From the NCBI GenBank assembly GCA_963692865.2, contig OY843592.1:32001-96000 (forward strand): DNA of 64,000 bases. The letters are read 5' to 3'. The number at the start of each line of letters is the position of its first letter. The stretch's first letter is position 1. Made by a program: the position numbers and the translations under genes. The notes beneath the pieces are model-generated. The model was not told the DNA's origin. It made no database searches and was given only the letters and a program-made list of their open reading frames with translations. Shown in pieces: positions 1-11,115 of this stretch. This DNA comes from a bacterium. Lineage in GTDB: Bacteria > UBA8248.

Positions 1-260
1 GAATGGATGCACTCCAGGGCGCACGCGGCGGGCAGGATGAATTCGGGGTCTGCGCCTACGGCTTCACAACCGGCCAGACAAAGCACGGGGCGCAGGCGTT
101 TCCCCCCGGCGAAAAGGCTGTAACGCATGATCTCGAAAATCTCGGGCGGCGCGGAGGATTTCGGCACGAGGCGATCGAGTTCTTCTTCCACGCGCTTCGC
201 CCAGTTGCTCAGGTAAGCCGCTGCGTCGATACGACCGGGAAGCTCGGCCTCACTCATCAT
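1..260 (-). CDS. ispA: Farnesyl diphosphate synthase / geranyltranstransferase, 5' part (runs off window start)
   Basis: Hand translation of the minus strand gives ...[25 protein letters not shown]...AACALECIH, the typical prenyltransferase N-terminus. It lies downstream of xseB in the usual gene order and is absent from the ORF track. Confidence 0.9.
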   Translation of the reverse strand, partial: MMSEAELPGRIDAAAYLSNWAKRVEEELDRLVPKSSAPPEIFEIMRYSLFAGGKRLRPVLCLAGCEAVGADPEFILPAACALECIH

Positions 261-519
261 CTTCACCATTTTCGAGCGGCTGCAGCGAAAACGAATCTTC
301 CGATTCCCCGACGAGTTCCTCCACCTTCTTTTGCGCCGCGTTCAACTGCTCCCGGCTATAGCGGAAGAGCTTCACGCCCTCTTCATACAGCAAAACGGCC
401 TTCTCCAGGGAAGGCTCGCCCCCTTCGAGTTCTTCGACGATGGCTTCCAGACGCTCCAGCGCCGCCTCGAAGTTTTTTGGTTCCGCGCTTACGTTCGCGG
501 ATTCATTCTCATTATTCAT
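250..519 (-). CDS. xseB: Exodeoxyribonuclease VII small subunit
   Basis: [35 protein letters not shown] motif. The ATG at 519 overlaps the xseA stop (ATGA); the longer ORF from 900 is over-extended. Confidence 0.93.
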   Translation of the reverse strand: MNNENESANVSAEPKNFEAALERLEAIVEELEGGEPSLEKAVLLYEEGVKLFRYSREQLNAAQKKVEELVGESEDSFSLQPLENGEDDE

Positions 520-1916
520 GGGCCCTCTCCCTCGGGGAAGACTTCTTCTACCCGGCACATCAAGCCGCCTTGCGACAAACGAACCCGCACGGATTCCGAC
601 GCCTTCACGTCTTCGGCCTTTTTCACCAATGCGCCGTCCGGTTCCTTGTACACCAGGCTGTATCCCCGCGCCAAAACGGCCAGCGGCGACACCAACTCGA
701 GACGTCCGGCAACCGTCCGCAGCGCGTCCGTCCTCGTCTTCGACAACAACCCATGCGCCGCGTGCAGGCGCTTCAAATCGCCTTCGAGTCTCGATATGAA
801 CCCGCCTATTCTTTCTCCGGGCGAGAGCATCCGCAGTCTCGGCGCTATTGCGTCCAGATACGCCCGGCTCATTCGTTGTCGTTGCCTGGTTTCTCTGCAC
901 ATTCTCTCATAGAGCGCATCCAGGCGCTGCGCCAGGGATTCGAGCGGGGCTTCGGGCCTTCTGAATGCGGGTTCTCTAAGAAAACGGGACAACCGCTCAT
1001 CGAGAGAGACCAGAATAGTTTCCACCGCCCGGAGCGCATCATGGATCAGGTCGGCGACGTCCCGGGCGACGCCCTGCCACCCTCTTGCCACCCGCTCGGC
1101 CGCCGCCGAGGGCGTAAGCGCCGACTCATCGGCCGCCAAATCACTGAGCGAGGCATCAATCTCGTGTCCCACCGCCGAAATGAGGGGAGCCCTGCAAGCG
1201 GCGATAGCCCGAACCACCTCCTCTTCGTTGAACGCCCACAAATCCTCCCGGCTTCCTCCGCCGCGGCCCGTGATGACGAGGTCCACGGGGCGCCCCAGGT
1301 TCCCGAGGTTCTCATCCGCCCTTCGGATCGCCGCCGCGATGGAAGCCGCGGCGCGCTCTCCCTGCACCAGGGTGTGGACGACGACGAGCTCGACAATCGG
1401 GGCGCGCTCCCGGAAGACCCGCAACATGTCCTGGAGGGCGGCGCCTTCTCTGCTCGTCACCAACGCCACGCGGCGGGGACGTTCGGGTATCTCCTTTTTT
1501 CGCAAAGGGTCGAACAAGCCCTCTTTTTCCAGGCGTTCGTGCAACTGGCGGAAAGCGACCTCAAGCGCGCCTTCTCCCAAAGGCTCCATGGAAAGCGCAG
1601 AAACCTGGAAGCGTCCGTCCTTCTCGTAAAGCGTCACCCGGCAGCGGATCATCACGCGCATGCCCGCTTCCGGCTCGAAGCGCAAAAACCGCCTGCGGCC
1701 AGAGAACATCACCGCGCTTACCCTGGATGCGGCGTCTTTCAGGTCGAAATAGGAATGTCCCGACGGATAGGTGCGCCAGGAGGAGATTTCCCCCTCGACC
1801 AAGACCTCGCCGAATTCGCCTTCCAGCAATTCTCTCGCGCGCGCGTTGAGTTGCGAGACGGTGAGCACCGCAGGTGCTGCGCGAGGCGTGTCGCCGCCCA
1901 GAAGGTCTACGTTCAT
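516..1916 (-). CDS. xseA: Exodeoxyribonuclease VII large subunit
   Basis: LTVSQLN, SGHSYFDLKD, GRGGGSREDLWAFNEE, SAVGHEID and TPSAAAE motifs. Confidence 0.96.
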   Translation of the reverse strand: MNVDLLGGDTPRAAPAVLTVSQLNARARELLEGEFGEVLVEGEISSWRTYPSGHSYFDLKDAASRVSAVMFSGRRRFLRFEPEAGMRVMIRCRVTLYEKDGRFQVSALSMEPLGEGALEVAFRQLHERLEKEGLFDPLRKKEIPERPRRVALVTSREGAALQDMLRVFRERAPIVELVVVHTLVQGERAAASIAAAIRRADENLGNLGRPVDLVITGRGGGSREDLWAFNEEEVVRAIAACRAPLISAVGHEIDASLSDLAADESALTPSAAAERVARGWQGVARDVADLIHDALRAVETILVSLDERLSRFLREPAFRRPEAPLESLAQRLDALYERMCRETRQRQRMSRAYLDAIAPRLRMLSPGERIGGFISRLEGDLKRLHAAHGLLSKTRTDALRTVAGRLELVSPLAVLARGYSLVYKEPDGALVKKAEDVKASESVRVRLSQGGLMCRVEEVFPEGEGP

Positions 1917-1935
1917 TCGAGAACCCGCATCGGCG

Positions 1936-2808
1936 CTACGCCATCGCTTCCTGCGACTTGAGAGAGTAAGCGCGCACCGTATTCGCCATCAGCATGGCGA
2001 CCGTCATGGGTCCCACGCCGCCCGGCACGGGCGTGATGGCGGAAACCTTCTCGAGCAACGGTTCGAAATCACAATCGCCGACCAACTCTCCATCCACACG
2101 GTTGATGCCGACGTCGACCACCACCGCCCCTTGGCGAACCATGTCCGCGGTCAGGAATTTCGGCCTCCCCATGGCGGCCACAACGATGTCGGCTTCTCTG
2201 GTGATGGCGGGAATATCGCGCGTCCGGGAGTGGCACACGGTAATCGTCGCGTTCTCGTGCATCATCAAAATGGCCAATGGAAGCCCGACGATCTTGCTGC
2301 GCCCGATGATGGCGGTTTTCTTGCCTTCCAGGCCGATATCGTAGAACTTCAGAATCTCGAGCACGCCTGCGGGCGTACAGGGCTTGAGCGTGCCCTGCTT
2401 GAGCGCCAGCTTTCCGAAATTCTCCGGGTGGAATACGTCGGCGTCCTTTCGGGGGGAGACCCTGCGCAACACCTCTTCTTCGTTCAGGTGTCCTGGGAGC
2501 GGCAGCTGCACCAGCATCCCGTCCACTTCGTCGTCGTGGTTCAACTCCTCGATGAGCGAGACGACGTCCTCTTGCCTCGCGTCCTCGCCGAGATGGTGAT
2601 CGAAGGTGCGGATGCCGAGCTTCTTGGCGGAACGCCCCTTGATGCGGACGTATACCTGGGAGGCCGGGTCCTCGCCCACGAGCACGACGGCGAGACCCGG
2701 CGGCCTGCCCACCTTGGGAAGCAAGGCATCGATGGAGGTCTTGAGCTCCTCCATCACCTTTTCCGCCACGGGTTTGCCTTCAAGCAGCAGGGCTTGTGCC
2801 ATCTTCAT
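1936..2808 (-). CDS. folD: Bifunctional methylenetetrahydrofolate dehydrogenase/cyclohydrolase
   Basis: LVQLPLP, PCTPAG, GRSKIVG and TPVPGGVGPMTVAML motifs. Confidence 0.97.
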   Translation of the reverse strand: MKMAQALLLEGKPVAEKVMEELKTSIDALLPKVGRPPGLAVVLVGEDPASQVYVRIKGRSAKKLGIRTFDHHLGEDARQEDVVSLIEELNHDDEVDGMLVQLPLPGHLNEEEVLRRVSPRKDADVFHPENFGKLALKQGTLKPCTPAGVLEILKFYDIGLEGKKTAIIGRSKIVGLPLAILMMHENATITVCHSRTRDIPAITREADIVVAAMGRPKFLTADMVRQGAVVVDVGINRVDGELVGDCDFEPLLEKVSAITPVPGGVGPMTVAMLMANTVRAYSLKSQEAMA

Positions 2809-2856
2809 CCTTCATCATCGGGCGCGGCGGTCACATACTATCATCTCGAATAAGCG

Positions 2857-3828
2857 CTACACCAGAATTTTTCCGTCCTGGATGATCATCCGTTCATCCG
2901 CCCACACGGTGGGGTTGTCGAAAATCATGTCGATGTGGAGCGGGGCTTCGACCACGCCCCCGATGCTGCCGCTGTCGCCCACCGCCATGTGGCACGTGCC
3001 CCACGTCTTTTTCGCCTCCCGCATCGTCTCGCGCGGCCTGCACGCCGGGTTCGTGCCGATGGCGAACTCCGCCACGTTCTTCGCCAAGTCGCCGTTTTCA
3101 TCCAGCAGTCTCCAGAACCGGTCCGCGGCGGCGCTTCCGGTGATGGACACCACTTTCCCGTCTTTGATTTCAAGACGCATGGGCTCGGTGACGAAACCCA
3201 AATCCTTTCGCTCGATGGAGAAGGGATTCACCATCACGCCGTTCGACGTGCCCTCCAGGGGACTCATGGCCGCTTCCCCGTCGGGACACGCCGCGAATTC
3301 ACCGGATTTTCTCGCCACGCCGATGAGGGGGAAGCAAGTCCTGCCCTCCAGCGAAAACTCCATGTCGCAACCATCCGGCGTCGTGAACCGGCCCGTTTTG
3401 GCCTCGGTGTAGATGTCGGAAATCGTTCGGGTGACCCGGGCGACCTCGTCGTAATCGGCCAGGGCGCCGCCTGCGACCATCATGTCCTCGCGCCATCCCC
3501 ACATGTCCAGGACGCGCGCGCCCTCCCTGAGCGCGTTCCTCGCCGTCTCGGTGTGGATGGTGGCGAAGCTGGTCTGGAGTATCACCACGTCTGAAGCCGC
3601 CATCGCCGCCCCCACGTGGGGCAGCGGGTCGATTCCCCCGTTCATGTGAGGGGGCATGTGCATGACGGAGAGCTTCGCGCCCGCGGCGCTCAAGGCATGC
3701 GCCAGCGCTTCGGTTACGGAGGCGGGACGATCCGAATCCGTCACGAGAAGCACCAGTTCGCCCTCCTTCACGTCGAGAACCTGCTCTACGATTCGCCTGG
3801 CGGTAGGCGCCATGTTGAATTTCACCAT
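2857..3828 (-). CDS. M29-like (thermophilic metalloprotease / leucyl aminopeptidase-like) protein
   Basis: [28 protein letters not shown] and HID motifs. Start set at MVKFN after GGGGTGA. Confidence 0.75.
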   Translation of the reverse strand: MVKFNMAPTARRIVEQVLDVKEGELVLLVTDSDRPASVTEALAHALSAAGAKLSVMHMPPHMNGGIDPLPHVGAAMAASDVVILQTSFATIHTETARNALREGARVLDMWGWREDMMVAGGALADYDEVARVTRTISDIYTEAKTGRFTTPDGCDMEFSLEGRTCFPLIGVARKSGEFAACPDGEAAMSPLEGTSNGVMVNPFSIERKDLGFVTEPMRLEIKDGKVVSITGSAAADRFWRLLDENGDLAKNVAEFAIGTNPACRPRETMREAKKTWGTCHMAVGDSGSIGGVVEAPLHIDMIFDNPTVWADERMIIQDGKILV

Positions 3829-4017
3829 TTCATCACCCCTGCGTATTGGAAACCAAGAATTGACAATACCTCGATTAGAATGAATCGACTCCCGGCGGAA
3901 CTGCTTTTTGAACCGCCGCATTATATGGGCCAGGGAAAGGTGGTCGCAAGAGCGCGGCCCGATGTGCGAGAATCGCTCGGCGTCCATGGCTATCTATCCT
4001 TAAAAGCGAGCGCACAG

Positions 4018-4434
4018 GTGAAAACCCCCAGAAATCCTTACCTTACGGTGGACGTCATCATAGAGTTCGAGCGCGAGAGCGGCGAGCGGGGCGTCGTGAT
4101 GATCGAACGGAAAAATCCGCCCCATGGCTGGGCGCTGCCGGGCGGATTCGTCGACTACGGGGAATCGCTTGAAACGGCCGCCGTTCGAGAAGCCAGGGAA
4201 GAAACCTCGCTCGACGTGGAGTTGATCCGCCAGTTCCACGCATACAGCGACCCCGAGCGCGACGAGAGGCAGCACAACGTCACAATCGTGTTCATTGCAA
4301 GACCCCTCGGCGGCGCGCTCAAGGCGCGGGACGATGCGAGGCGCGCAGGCGTTTTCGGCAAGAATTCCCTGCCCGCTGAAATCGCATTTGATCACGCGGA
4401 CATTCTAAGCGATTATTTTTCAAGGAAGTATTAG
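4018..4434 (+). CDS. NUDIX hydrolase
   Basis: Nudix box [23 protein letters not shown] and C-terminal AFDH. GTG start inferred. Confidence 0.9.
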   Translation: MKTPRNPYLTVDVIIEFERESGERGVVMIERKNPPHGWALPGGFVDYGESLETAAVREAREETSLDVELIRQFHAYSDPERDERQHNVTIVFIARPLGGALKARDDARRAGVFGKNSLPAEIAFDHADILSDYFSRKY

Positions 4435-4546
4435 CATGAACCTTCATTGCGAAAGGCGTACCGGAATACTCTGTGCTATCATGGATGCGCAACGCGGGGG
4501 GACACGTTTGTTTCCCCGGTTTTTCTTTGACTGAAGGTTACAAGCC

Positions 4547-5254
4547 ATGGGTGGACTACTCGGAAGTTTCGGGCGCGGATTCGAATCGATTCGAAAGGAC
4601 ATCGCCGCCGTCATGGAGCGCGACCCGGCCTGCAGATCGAAACTGGAGGTGATCCTTTGCTATCCGGGATTCCACGCCGTCTGCCTCCACCGGATGGCCC
4701 ACTATTTCTGGAAACGGGGATTTCTGATCCTTGCGCGGTGGCTGAGCCACTGGAACCGGTTCATCACGGGCATCGAAATCCACCCCGGCGCGCAGATCGG
4801 CGAGGGGCTTTTCATCGACCACGGGATGGGCGTCGTCATCGGTGAAACGACGCAGATCGGGAAAAACTGCACCATCTACCAGGGGGTGACGCTCGGCGGC
4901 GTGAGCCTCAAGAAGGAAAAAAGGCATCCCTCCCTGGAGGGCAACGTCGTCGTAGGCGTGGGCGCCCGGGTGTTGGGTCCGCACGTCATCGGCGCGGGCA
5001 GCCGCATCGGCGCGAGTTCGGTCGTCATCTCGGACGTTCCGCCCGGCTGCACCGTCGTCGGCGTGCCCGCGCGCATCGTCTACCGGGAGGGGCAAGGCAA
5101 AACCGACGATCTGCTCCCCGTATCTTTCGAGCACCACGAGTTGCCCGACCCGGTGGAGGCGGCCATTCAGGCGCTGAACCAGCGCATCGCGGCTTTGGAG
5201 AAAGAACTCTCCCACTTGCGAGAACCGGCACGGGAAAAACAAGAGTCCCCATGA
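4547..5254 (+). CDS. cysE: Serine O-acetyltransferase
   Basis: [26 protein letters not shown] and KRHP motifs plus hexapeptide repeats. Confidence 0.95.
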   Translation: MGGLLGSFGRGFESIRKDIAAVMERDPACRSKLEVILCYPGFHAVCLHRMAHYFWKRGFLILARWLSHWNRFITGIEIHPGAQIGEGLFIDHGMGVVIGETTQIGKNCTIYQGVTLGGVSLKKEKRHPSLEGNVVVGVGARVLGPHVIGAGSRIGASSVVISDVPPGCTVVGVPARIVYREGQGKTDDLLPVSFEHHELPDPVEAAIQALNQRIAALEKELSHLREPAREKQESP

Positions 5255-6420
5255 AAACCATCTACATGGACCACAACGCGACCACCCCGATGCGGCCCGA
5301 GGTTCTGGCCGCGATGCAGCCCTATCTCGGCGAGAAATTCGGAAACCCGAACAGCATTCACCGATACGGGCGTGAAACCAGAATCGCGATAGAAAACGCC
5401 CGCGATCATGCGGCGGCGCTCATCGGCGCGGCGGAGGGCGATGAGATATTCTTCACCTCCGGCGGCACGGAAAGCGACAACTGGGCGCTTCGGGGCGTCG
5501 TCTCCGCCGCAGAGGGCGCGAGCCACGTCGTCACGACGGCCATCGAGCACGAAGCCGTACTCGCGACGTGCCAAGCCCTGGAAGCCGAAGGGGTGGAGGT
5601 CACCTACGTGAAGCCGAACCGCCAGGGGCGCGTCTCGGCCGAAGACGTGGCGGCGGCGATTCGGCCGGATACGAAAATCGCCTCCGTCATCTGGGGGAAC
5701 AACGAGGTCGGCACGGTTCAGCCGATCCATGAAATCGGCGCGATTTGCCGGGAGCGCGGCGTATTGTTCCACACCGACGCCGTGCAGGCGCTCGGCAAGG
5801 TGGAGATCGACGTGGAGCGCGCCGGCGTTTCCCTGCTCTCCGCCACCGGACACAAAATCAACGCTTCGAAGGGCGCGGGGTTTTTGTACGTCAAAAAGGG
5901 AACCAGTATCGACCCCTTCATCACCGGCGGCGGACAGGAGCAGAAACTGCGCTCGGGGACGGAAAACGTGGCCGGCATCGTGGCGATGGGAGAAGCCTGC
6001 CGCCTAGCGAAAACCGAAGGCCCGCAATCCGCCAAGAACATCGCCGCCCTGCGGGATCGGCTCGAAAACGAAATCTGCGAACACGTTCCCGACGTGCTGG
6101 TGAACGGCGATACGGCGCACAGGCTTCCCGGCACGTCGAACCTGGGCTTTATCGGCGCGGAAGGGGAGACGCTCCTGATCCGCCTCGATCTGGAGGGGGT
6201 CGCCGTGAGCACGGGCGCGGCGTGCAGTTCGGGCTCCCCCGAGCCCAGCCACGTTCTGCTGGCGATGGACCTGCCGAAGGAAACCGTGCAGGGATCGCTG
6301 CGGTTCAGCTTGGGCTACGGCAACTCGGATGCGGATATCGACAGATTGCTCGAAGTGTTGCCCGAAGCCGTCGGCAAGGTGCGCGAAATGGCGCCTCGTC
6401 TGAAATCAACAAAAGCATGA
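5251..6420 (+). CDS. iscS: Cysteine desulfurase (IscS/NifS type)
   Basis: [28 protein letters not shown] (PLP lysine) and STGAACSS motifs. Confidence 0.93.
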   Translation: MKTIYMDHNATTPMRPEVLAAMQPYLGEKFGNPNSIHRYGRETRIAIENARDHAAALIGAAEGDEIFFTSGGTESDNWALRGVVSAAEGASHVVTTAIEHEAVLATCQALEAEGVEVTYVKPNRQGRVSAEDVAAAIRPDTKIASVIWGNNEVGTVQPIHEIGAICRERGVLFHTDAVQALGKVEIDVERAGVSLLSATGHKINASKGAGFLYVKKGTSIDPFITGGGQEQKLRSGTENVAGIVAMGEACRLAKTEGPQSAKNIAALRDRLENEICEHVPDVLVNGDTAHRLPGTSNLGFIGAEGETLLIRLDLEGVAVSTGAACSSGSPEPSHVLLAMDLPKETVQGSLRFSLGYGNSDADIDRLLEVLPEAVGKVREMAPRLKSTKA

Positions 6421-6429
6421 GAAGAACCC

Positions 6430-6813
6430 TTGGCGCCAAGAGACGACTACCACTATAACGAGACAGTCCTCGGCCATATCGCGGACCCGCGCAACATCGG
6501 CGTCATCGAAGACGCGGACGCCGAGGGAAGCGGAACGAACCCCGCCTGCGGCGATGAGGTGACGCTCTATCTCAAATTCGAAGGCGAGGCGGTCTCGGAC
6601 GCCAGGATAAGAATTCTCGGTTGCGGGGCGATTACCGCCGCCATGAGTTCTTTGACGGACATGGTGCGCGGAAAAACAGCGGAGGAGCTTTTGGAAATCA
6701 CCGCCGAGGAAATCGCGCAAAGCGTCGGCGGCCTCCCCTCCCACAAACGCCACTGCGCCACCCTCGCCCGGCGCGTGCTGCAAAACGCCCTGAAATCGAA
6801 AAGCGCAAGCTGA
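6430..6813 (+). CDS. iscU: Fe-S cluster scaffold (IscU/NifU N-terminal domain)
   Basis: NPACGD, GCG and KRHCA conserved cysteines; follows iscS. Confidence 0.9.
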   Translation: MAPRDDYHYNETVLGHIADPRNIGVIEDADAEGSGTNPACGDEVTLYLKFEGEAVSDARIRILGCGAITAAMSSLTDMVRGKTAEELLEITAEEIAQSVGGLPSHKRHCATLARRVLQNALKSKSAS

Positions 6814-6819
6814 CCCTCC

Positions 6820-7281
6820 ATGAGGACTCCGCAGCCCGTCAGAATACTCGAACTGGACGGCTTGAAGTTTTGGGCGCTTCGCACCGAGGCCGCCGCCGGC
6901 CCCGAAATCATCGGTCTCACCCAGGCGCGCCTGCTCAGGATATGCGGGAATCTCCCCACCATCGGCCCCGCCTATGGGCTCGACTATGGAGAGAAGGGAT
7001 ACGAAGCCTGCCGGCGGGCGCTCACAGACCTGCCCATGCCCGACGCGCTTCACGAGACGGACTTTCCGGGCGGCTGGCATGCGGTGGGAGCGCACACCGG
7101 GGGATACGACACGCTTGGGCTTACACTGGGCGAGATGCTTGAAAAGTGGCTGCCGCACAGCGGATTCAGGAGAAGAGAAGGCCCCGTAGTGTACCGCTAC
7201 CTGACCGACCCCCGCGATACGGCGGAGGCCGACATCAGGACCGAAATCTGCGTGCCCGTTCAGCCTGATCCGATTGAGTGA
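6820..7281 (+). CDS. GyrI-like small-molecule-binding protein
   Basis: PGGWHAVGAHTGGYDTL, WLPHSG and YLTDP...TEICVPV signature. Confidence 0.75.
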   Translation: MRTPQPVRILELDGLKFWALRTEAAAGPEIIGLTQARLLRICGNLPTIGPAYGLDYGEKGYEACRRALTDLPMPDALHETDFPGGWHAVGAHTGGYDTLGLTLGEMLEKWLPHSGFRRREGPVVYRYLTDPRDTAEADIRTEICVPVQPDPIE

Positions 7282-7290
7282 GCCAATCGG

Positions 7291-7791
7291 GTGGCTTCCC
7301 GTGGCTGCCCTGCCCCCGTGGCCACCCGTGATTCGCCTTTGGTCGTCATTCCGGCGAAAGCCGGAATCCATTTGCGGATGCGTGTGAACGAACGGCGGCG
7401 TTTCCTCCCCCGCCGATGCGCAGGAATCCTGACGAAAGGCAAAAGGCGTAAAATGGATTCCGGCTTTCACCGGAATGACGGTGAATAATCTCGATTGTAG
7501 GGGCCGTTCGCGAACGGCCCCTACCGGAGCAACGGGCTTCACGAAGCGCCCTACGGAATCCTTGTCAATCGGGAATCACTCCCCCCTTGAGGGAGTTGTT
7601 GAAAAAACCGGAGAGGGAAATTTGTTGGTGTGTAGGGGTCGCATATATGCGACCCTGATTTTGTCACCCACTACAAGGGCCGCATATATGCGGCCCCTAC
7701 ACCATTGTGCGGCAAAACGGAATCGCGCCGCCGGAGTGACGATACTTTTGCTCGGTCGGCAAACAAGAATGTAGGGACAGGTCGCGATCAT
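7291..7791. repeat. Mosaic palindromic repeat cluster (REP/MITE-like)
   Basis: CGTCATTCCGGCGAAAGCCGGAATCCA...TGGATTCCGGCTTTCACCGGAATGACG (7344-7480), GTAGGGGCCGTTCGCGAACGGCCCCTAC and GTAGGGGTCGCATATATGCGACCC...GGGCCGCATATATGCGGCCCCTAC. The same modules recur elsewhere in the window. Confidence 0.85.
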
Positions 7792-7813
7792 ACTTCCCTA
7801 TATTCCCGATCCA

Positions 7814-10765
7814 TCATGCCTTTGTGATTCGGCACAGCAGGCTCTTGAGATTCGTCTGGTCCGAGCACGGGTCGCGCTGCGCGATGTCCGTCAGGAAGTT
7901 CACCGATCGCCAGGGATGGTAGGGCTGGCGCTCCCCCCAGCCGATGGGGACGTAAACGGAGTCCTCCCTTATTCCTGAATTCACCCAGGCCATCGCCTCG
8001 ATGGCGCCGTGCGCCGTCTCCACCTTGACTTTCTCTCCGTCCTCGATACCCAATTCCCCCGCTTTTCGGGGATGAATCTGGCAATAGAGATCCGGCCACA
8101 TCTCCTGCGCCTGCCAGAAATAATGCGTCCAGCTGTGAAAATGCGGCGCGGGCGGGCGGCCCGTTATCAACGTCGTCTCGAAGCCCTGCCCGCGAAGCGC
8201 ATCGCCGGGGTTCTTCTCTTCCGGCTGAACGATTCTGGCGGCGCGGGAACCCGTGGGCGCCTTGCTGAACGGGGAGATGACTTCCAGATCGTCGTCTGCG
8301 TGTTCATATTCGAGATAGGGCAACCCCTGGAGATTCTCTTTCTCGCCGTAGAACTCGGGCAGCGCCGACAACCCTACTTGAGAGAATTTTTCCTCAAGCT
8401 CATCCGTCCAGAACTCGAGCCGCCCGCTCGGCGTGGGGAAGCGCTTGCCCTCGGGCTGCCCGGCGGCGGTCGTCCCTTCGAGATACAGGGTCTCCTGCTC
8501 GGGAGCGTCCTCGCTCGCGACGGGAAAGCGCACCCACCGCCAGGGTACCGAGTGGAGCCTTTTCTGCGTAACGCCCCGCAGGAAATCGTTGTCGATGCAC
8601 ATCTCGTCCCAGAACCTGCCCGGGTCCTTGTATTCCTCCTTCATCACGTCGCCGAAGCCCAGGCGCCTCCCGAGCTCTATCCATATCCAGCCATCGGGCT
8701 TCGCCTCTCCGGGCGGGTCGATCATCTTGTCGATCCAAACGATTCGCCTGTCGTCGTTCGTGCGGCCCAGTTCTCCTTTTTCGATCCCGCCCGCCGCGGG
8801 CAGCACGTAATCCGCAAACGCGGAAGTTTCGTTCGCGAACAACTCGATGTGGACGATGAGGTCGAGCGCCTGGAAGGCCGCGCGCGCGTCGTCCTGGCCG
8901 GGCCACTGCGCCAGCGGGTTGTTGCAAGTGATGAGTCCTTTCATCGGGTATGGCTTGCCCTCGCGCATGGCGCTCAGCCAGCCGGCTGGACTCCTGCGGA
9001 CCATAGGTTTACGAATTTCCGCCCGTCTGTCCTCCGGCGCGTTGGCGGCGATGGGCGGCCCCGCCGTCATGTTCACGTAGGCGCCGCCCTTGCGGCCCCA
9101 GTTTCCCGTAATCGCGGCGACGAACATGAACGCACGGTTCGTCTGCACTGAGTTGGTGTGCTGGTTGAGTCCCCGGCTCCCGAAGATGACGCAGCCGTCC
9201 GCCCTGGCCACGTCCCCGGCGAGCGCGCGAATCTCATCCGCTGCGATGCCCGTAACGGCCTCCGCCCAATCGGGAGAATAGCCTTTGGAGAATATGAAAT
9301 CGCGCCAGCGCTCCCAGCCGAGCACCCATTCCTCGCAGAAACGCTTATCGTGCAGACCTTCTGCGAAAATATGATGCGCCATGGCGAGGGCGAGCCCTAA
9401 GTCGGTTCCCGGTCGGATGGCGAGCCACTTGTCCGCCTTGCTCGCCGTGGCGGTGTATCTGGGGTCCACCACCACCATCTTCGTCTTGTTCCTGATGCGC
9501 CAGTCGTTCACCTTGCCGAAGTAGACCGGCCGCGTCTCCGCCTGGTTGTCCCCGACGTAGAGATACATCCCGGCGCTGCCGATGTCCTCGGGCGTGTAGC
9601 TGTTCCCGTTGCCGTTGATCCCGTGCGTCAACTCGTAGGCGACCACCTTGCCCGCCGCGCAAAAGGGGTCCGTCCCCTGAAGGTTGGGCGTGCCCCACAT
9701 CTGGCTGAACAACCGCGCGTAGCCTTTCTGGGTAATCAGGCCCGTGCGGGTGCCCACGAACATCGCCAGCGCCTCCGTGCCCCACTTTTCTCTCAAGACT
9801 TCCAGTTTCGCGGCGATCTCATCAAGCGCCTGCTCCCAGGAGATGCGCTCGAACTCGCCGTCTCCCCGGCGGCCGACGCGCTTGAGCGGATATTGCAGGC
9901 GGTGTTCGTTGTGATGGAGCTGGAGCGTGAACTGCGCCTTGGGGCAGATTTTTCCGTTCAGGACGGGGTCCTCGTCGTTCCCCGTCACGTTGATGAGCTT
10001 ATCGCCCTGGAAATGGAACTTCGCGCTGCAGCAGTTGAAGCAGAAATTGCATCCCCCCGGCACGACGCGGTCCGCCTGAAGGGTCTTTTTGTCATGCAGG
10101 TAGGGGAAGTCCGGGCCTTTCTCCTCGAAAACGTCCTTCGCCTCAGGTGAATCCACGAACCGGGGACGGCTCGGTTTTTCAGACAAACCCAAGCCATCCT
10201 TGCCGTTCACGCGGCCGTTTTCTCTCTCGATTTTCTCCAGATATATCGTCTGCGGCTTCAGGAGAAAATGATCGTGATCCCGAAGATGGCGATCCTCCTG
10301 ATGCGCTTTTTCGAGAAGGTTCTCCCGCTCCCCGAACGAGATGGCGAAGCCGGGGCAGATTTCGGCGCAGGCGGGCTCCAGCCCCTTCTCCCGCCTCTCG
10401 GGGCACAGGTCGCACTTGACCGAGTGATGCCCCTGGGCGTCATACCCCATCGCGCTGTAGGGGCACGCCATGACGCACTCCCCGCAACCCGTGCAAAGCG
10501 CCTCATGAACTTCCACAACACCGGTATCGGGGTCTTTCGTTATCGCCTTGGGATGGACGGGACAGGCCCTCAGGCATGCGGGGCGCTCGCAGTGCTGGCA
10601 GGTGAGCGTGAGGAAATCGGGCGCGCCCGTGGAGGCGTTCCCCAGCCAAACCACCTTGTTGCGGTATTGGCCGGGCCCGAGTCTGTGCTCCTGCTTGCAG
10701 GCCGCCTCGCAGCTCTTGCAGCCGAAGCACCGCTCCAGATCGATCATCAAGGCCAGCTTGCCCAA
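7814..10765 (-). CDS. DMSO-reductase-family molybdopterin oxidoreductase with fused N-terminal DmsB-like 4x[4Fe-4S] domain
   Basis: N-terminal CFGCKSCEAAC, CQHCERPAC, CTGCGECVMAC and KCDLC, then CNFCFNCC...CPK (FS0), RISWEQALD, VVDPR, IRPGTD, ADYVLP and a C-terminal Mo-dinucleotide domain. TTG start at 10765 follows AAGGAG; the ORF extension to 10927 lies in repeats. Confidence 0.88.
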   Translation of the reverse strand: MGKLALMIDLERCFGCKSCEAACKQEHRLGPGQYRNKVVWLGNASTGAPDFLTLTCQHCERPACLRACPVHPKAITKDPDTGVVEVHEALCTGCGECVMACPYSAMGYDAQGHHSVKCDLCPERREKGLEPACAEICPGFAISFGERENLLEKAHQEDRHLRDHDHFLLKPQTIYLEKIERENGRVNGKDGLGLSEKPSRPRFVDSPEAKDVFEEKGPDFPYLHDKKTLQADRVVPGGCNFCFNCCSAKFHFQGDKLINVTGNDEDPVLNGKICPKAQFTLQLHHNEHRLQYPLKRVGRRGDGEFERISWEQALDEIAAKLEVLREKWGTEALAMFVGTRTGLITQKGYARLFSQMWGTPNLQGTDPFCAAGKVVAYELTHGINGNGNSYTPEDIGSAGMYLYVGDNQAETRPVYFGKVNDWRIRNKTKMVVVDPRYTATASKADKWLAIRPGTDLGLALAMAHHIFAEGLHDKRFCEEWVLGWERWRDFIFSKGYSPDWAEAVTGIAADEIRALAGDVARADGCVIFGSRGLNQHTNSVQTNRAFMFVAAITGNWGRKGGAYVNMTAGPPIAANAPEDRRAEIRKPMVRRSPAGWLSAMREGKPYPMKGLITCNNPLAQWPGQDDARAAFQALDLIVHIELFANETSAFADYVLPAAGGIEKGELGRTNDDRRIVWIDKMIDPPGEAKPDGWIWIELGRRLGFGDVMKEEYKDPGRFWDEMCIDNDFLRGVTQKRLHSVPWRWVRFPVASEDAPEQETLYLEGTTAAGQPEGKRFPTPSGRLEFWTDELEEKFSQVGLSALPEFYGEKENLQGLPYLEYEHADDDLEVISPFSKAPTGSRAARIVQPEEKNPGDALRGQGFETTLITGRPPAPHFHSWTHYFWQAQEMWPDLYCQIHPRKAGELGIEDGEKVKVETAHGAIEAMAWVNSGIREDSVYVPIGWGERQPYHPWRSVNFLTDIAQRDPCSDQTNLKSLLCRITKA

Positions 10766-10880
10766 GTCTCGCTCCTTCAGGAAGGGGATGTTGAAAAGAC
10801 CCCTGAGGAAGGGATTTACAGGTGGCGGTTCCTCCCTCTTCGGTCGGAACCGACTCCTCGGGGTTGTCCCACACATATGA

Positions 10881-11103
10881 GGCTGTTGAAAAACCCCTCC
10901 TCGCTCGGAATTCACCACCGCCGTCATTCCGGCGTGAATGCCGCTGCTGTTGTAGGTCGGACATATATGTCCGACATATATGCGACCCTGATTTTTCGCG
11001 CCTCCTGCGAACGGGCCGCATATCTGTAGCGCTCCCTTCTTGGGAGCGCTACCTACAAAACCAACCTCCCCGTCCCCTCCTCAGGTAGATTTTTTCAACA
11101 ACC
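10881..11103. repeat. MITE-like cassette with GGCTGTTGAAAAA...TTTTTTCAACAACC ends enclosing REP palindromes
   Basis: Imperfect terminal inverted repeats enclose GTAGGTCGGACATATATGTCCGAC and GTAGCGCTCCC...GGGAGCGCTAC palindromes. Confidence 0.7.
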
Positions 11104-11115
11104 CGGACGCGCGGG

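Noticed and set aside
3-1961. Long 652-aa plus-strand ORF and the many other long antisense ORFs (e.g. 14237-15757, 18858-20225, 33417-35045)
   Set aside because: These are shadow frames opposite well-supported genes in GC-rich DNA and show no protein motifs.
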